Shown here: in pieces, positions 63,010-64,000 of the stretch
How the letters are laid out: each line of letters opens with the position of its first letter
How positions within the stretch are numbered: position 1 is the first letter of the stretch
From: Trichoplax sp. H2
Taxonomy: Eukaryota
DNA length: 64,000 bases
Direction of reading: 5' to 3'
Assembly (NCBI GenBank): GCA_003344405.1
Contig: NOWV01000283.1
Location: 1 to 64,000 of the forward strand
The notes under the pieces: model-generated
What the model was told of the DNA's origin: nothing
Seen by the model: the letters and a program-made list of their open reading frames with translations, nothing else
Database searches by the model: none
Made by a program: the position numbers and the translations under genes

Positions 63010-63645
63010 TTTAGTATCCGTATAAGTATTGGCATGGCTTGATGTCTCAATGATATCAAGTTTCAGTGGCAAGGGACCGTTATAGTTACATTATAAACAA
63101 ATTTAAATAAAACTAGATCTAAAAATCAGGATAAGAAGGGATTTGATAGTGTTTTGATACCAGTTCATCACCAGCGAGAATGTTGATTACTTGCAAATTT
63201 AGTAGATGCTTTCAAAGTTATAATGATGCTCCTGAATAATGCGTTGATAAGATCATTTCAACTTGTCAAGTCTTCTCTATGCTCTTAGTTTACAACGTAT
63301 ATTGGAACAGAAGATTTTGATCAAACTATCTCTCACTAAGTTATCTAGCATTTAAAAAATTCAATCAATATTCAAAGATTTACCTCTAGTATGAATAATT
63401 TAGTACTGAATTACGAAATGCTCATTTACTTCATATTTATTCACTTTATAGGAAGAAATTAAGTATTCGTTAACATCTCGATATTTGACTTTTGAACACT
63501 TAATCGTTTTAGTATGGCTACTAGTGATGAAAGTTTTGATTATAGTATCGATTATCTGATTTATCATTACCATTTTCAAATGTTACTATGAGGAGAAGAA
63601 ATAGCAATTCCTCTCGAGCTATACTATTACAATATACTATACTTA
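63010..63645 (+). pseudogene. Possible heavily decayed Apaf-1/CED-4-like NB-ARC relic
   Basis: Motif-like pieces in the expected order across broken frames: ISIGMA*C (P-loop-like), FDTSSSPARMLITCK (RNBS-B-like), DKIISTCQ-(G)LLYALSL (GLPL-like), LSDLSL, SYTI-(H)NIL (MHD-like). Spacing is compressed and no Walker B is recognisable. Confidence 0.3.
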
Positions 63646-64000
63646 TAAAGTTCAATACAATATCAACGTGATGATATCCCATTCGAGATTTGCCCAATTT
63701 TAATGGCTCCAATTTTTGGAGTTCGTCATTACGAGCTGAAGGGATATAGAACCCTTTCACTCCAAACTACAATTTAATCAGATAGATTGTTTCAATTCCA
63801 AAACGATTTTTATTAGTTTATTTGTATTGTCATGACTTATAGATCTACTCTATAACACCCATTAACTTGATTATACTATTCGAATAACATTACGGTTTGC
63901 ATACTTGTAAAGAATAGAATGTTCTATTGCTATGGTTATAAGCAAGTTTGGGATAGGTCAATATTCAAATAATACTTTTAGCATTATATCAGTGATAGAA

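Noticed and set aside
63521..63760. 79-aa minus-strand ORF
   Set aside because: Non-ATG start, no motif and no supporting exons.

Overview
AT-rich eukaryotic (animal) genomic DNA with short GT-AG introns. The gene content and style suggest a placozoan such as Trichoplax, which is inference only. The window holds: (1) a class A GPCR with an uninterrupted ORF (788-1855); (2) a 20-exon adhesion GPCR with ADGRA/GPR124-125-type architecture (signal peptide-LRR-Ig-HRM-GAIN-7TM, 31139-39983), which I could assemble by hand in frame (about 1219 aa); (3) a cluster of six paralogous TPR-only genes of very different lengths (261 to 1357 aa), built from 42-aa repeats behind a shared N-terminal cap, plus at least three degraded TPR fragments; (4) at least five solo LTRs with TG...CA ends and target-site duplications, forming two LTR-inside-LTR nests plus one free-standing copy; (5) a 143-bp MITE with perfect 30-bp terminal inverted repeats that disrupts one of two near-identical copies of a TPR gene segment flanking an assembly gap, most simply read as a heterozygous, recent insertion; (6) a possible heavily decayed Apaf-1-like NB-ARC relic near the right end. 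The best candidate for an undescribed system is the variable-length TPR solenoid family, which may be a diversifying intracellular recognition repertoire. That function is a hypothesis and is not shown by the sequence. All alignments were done by eye.
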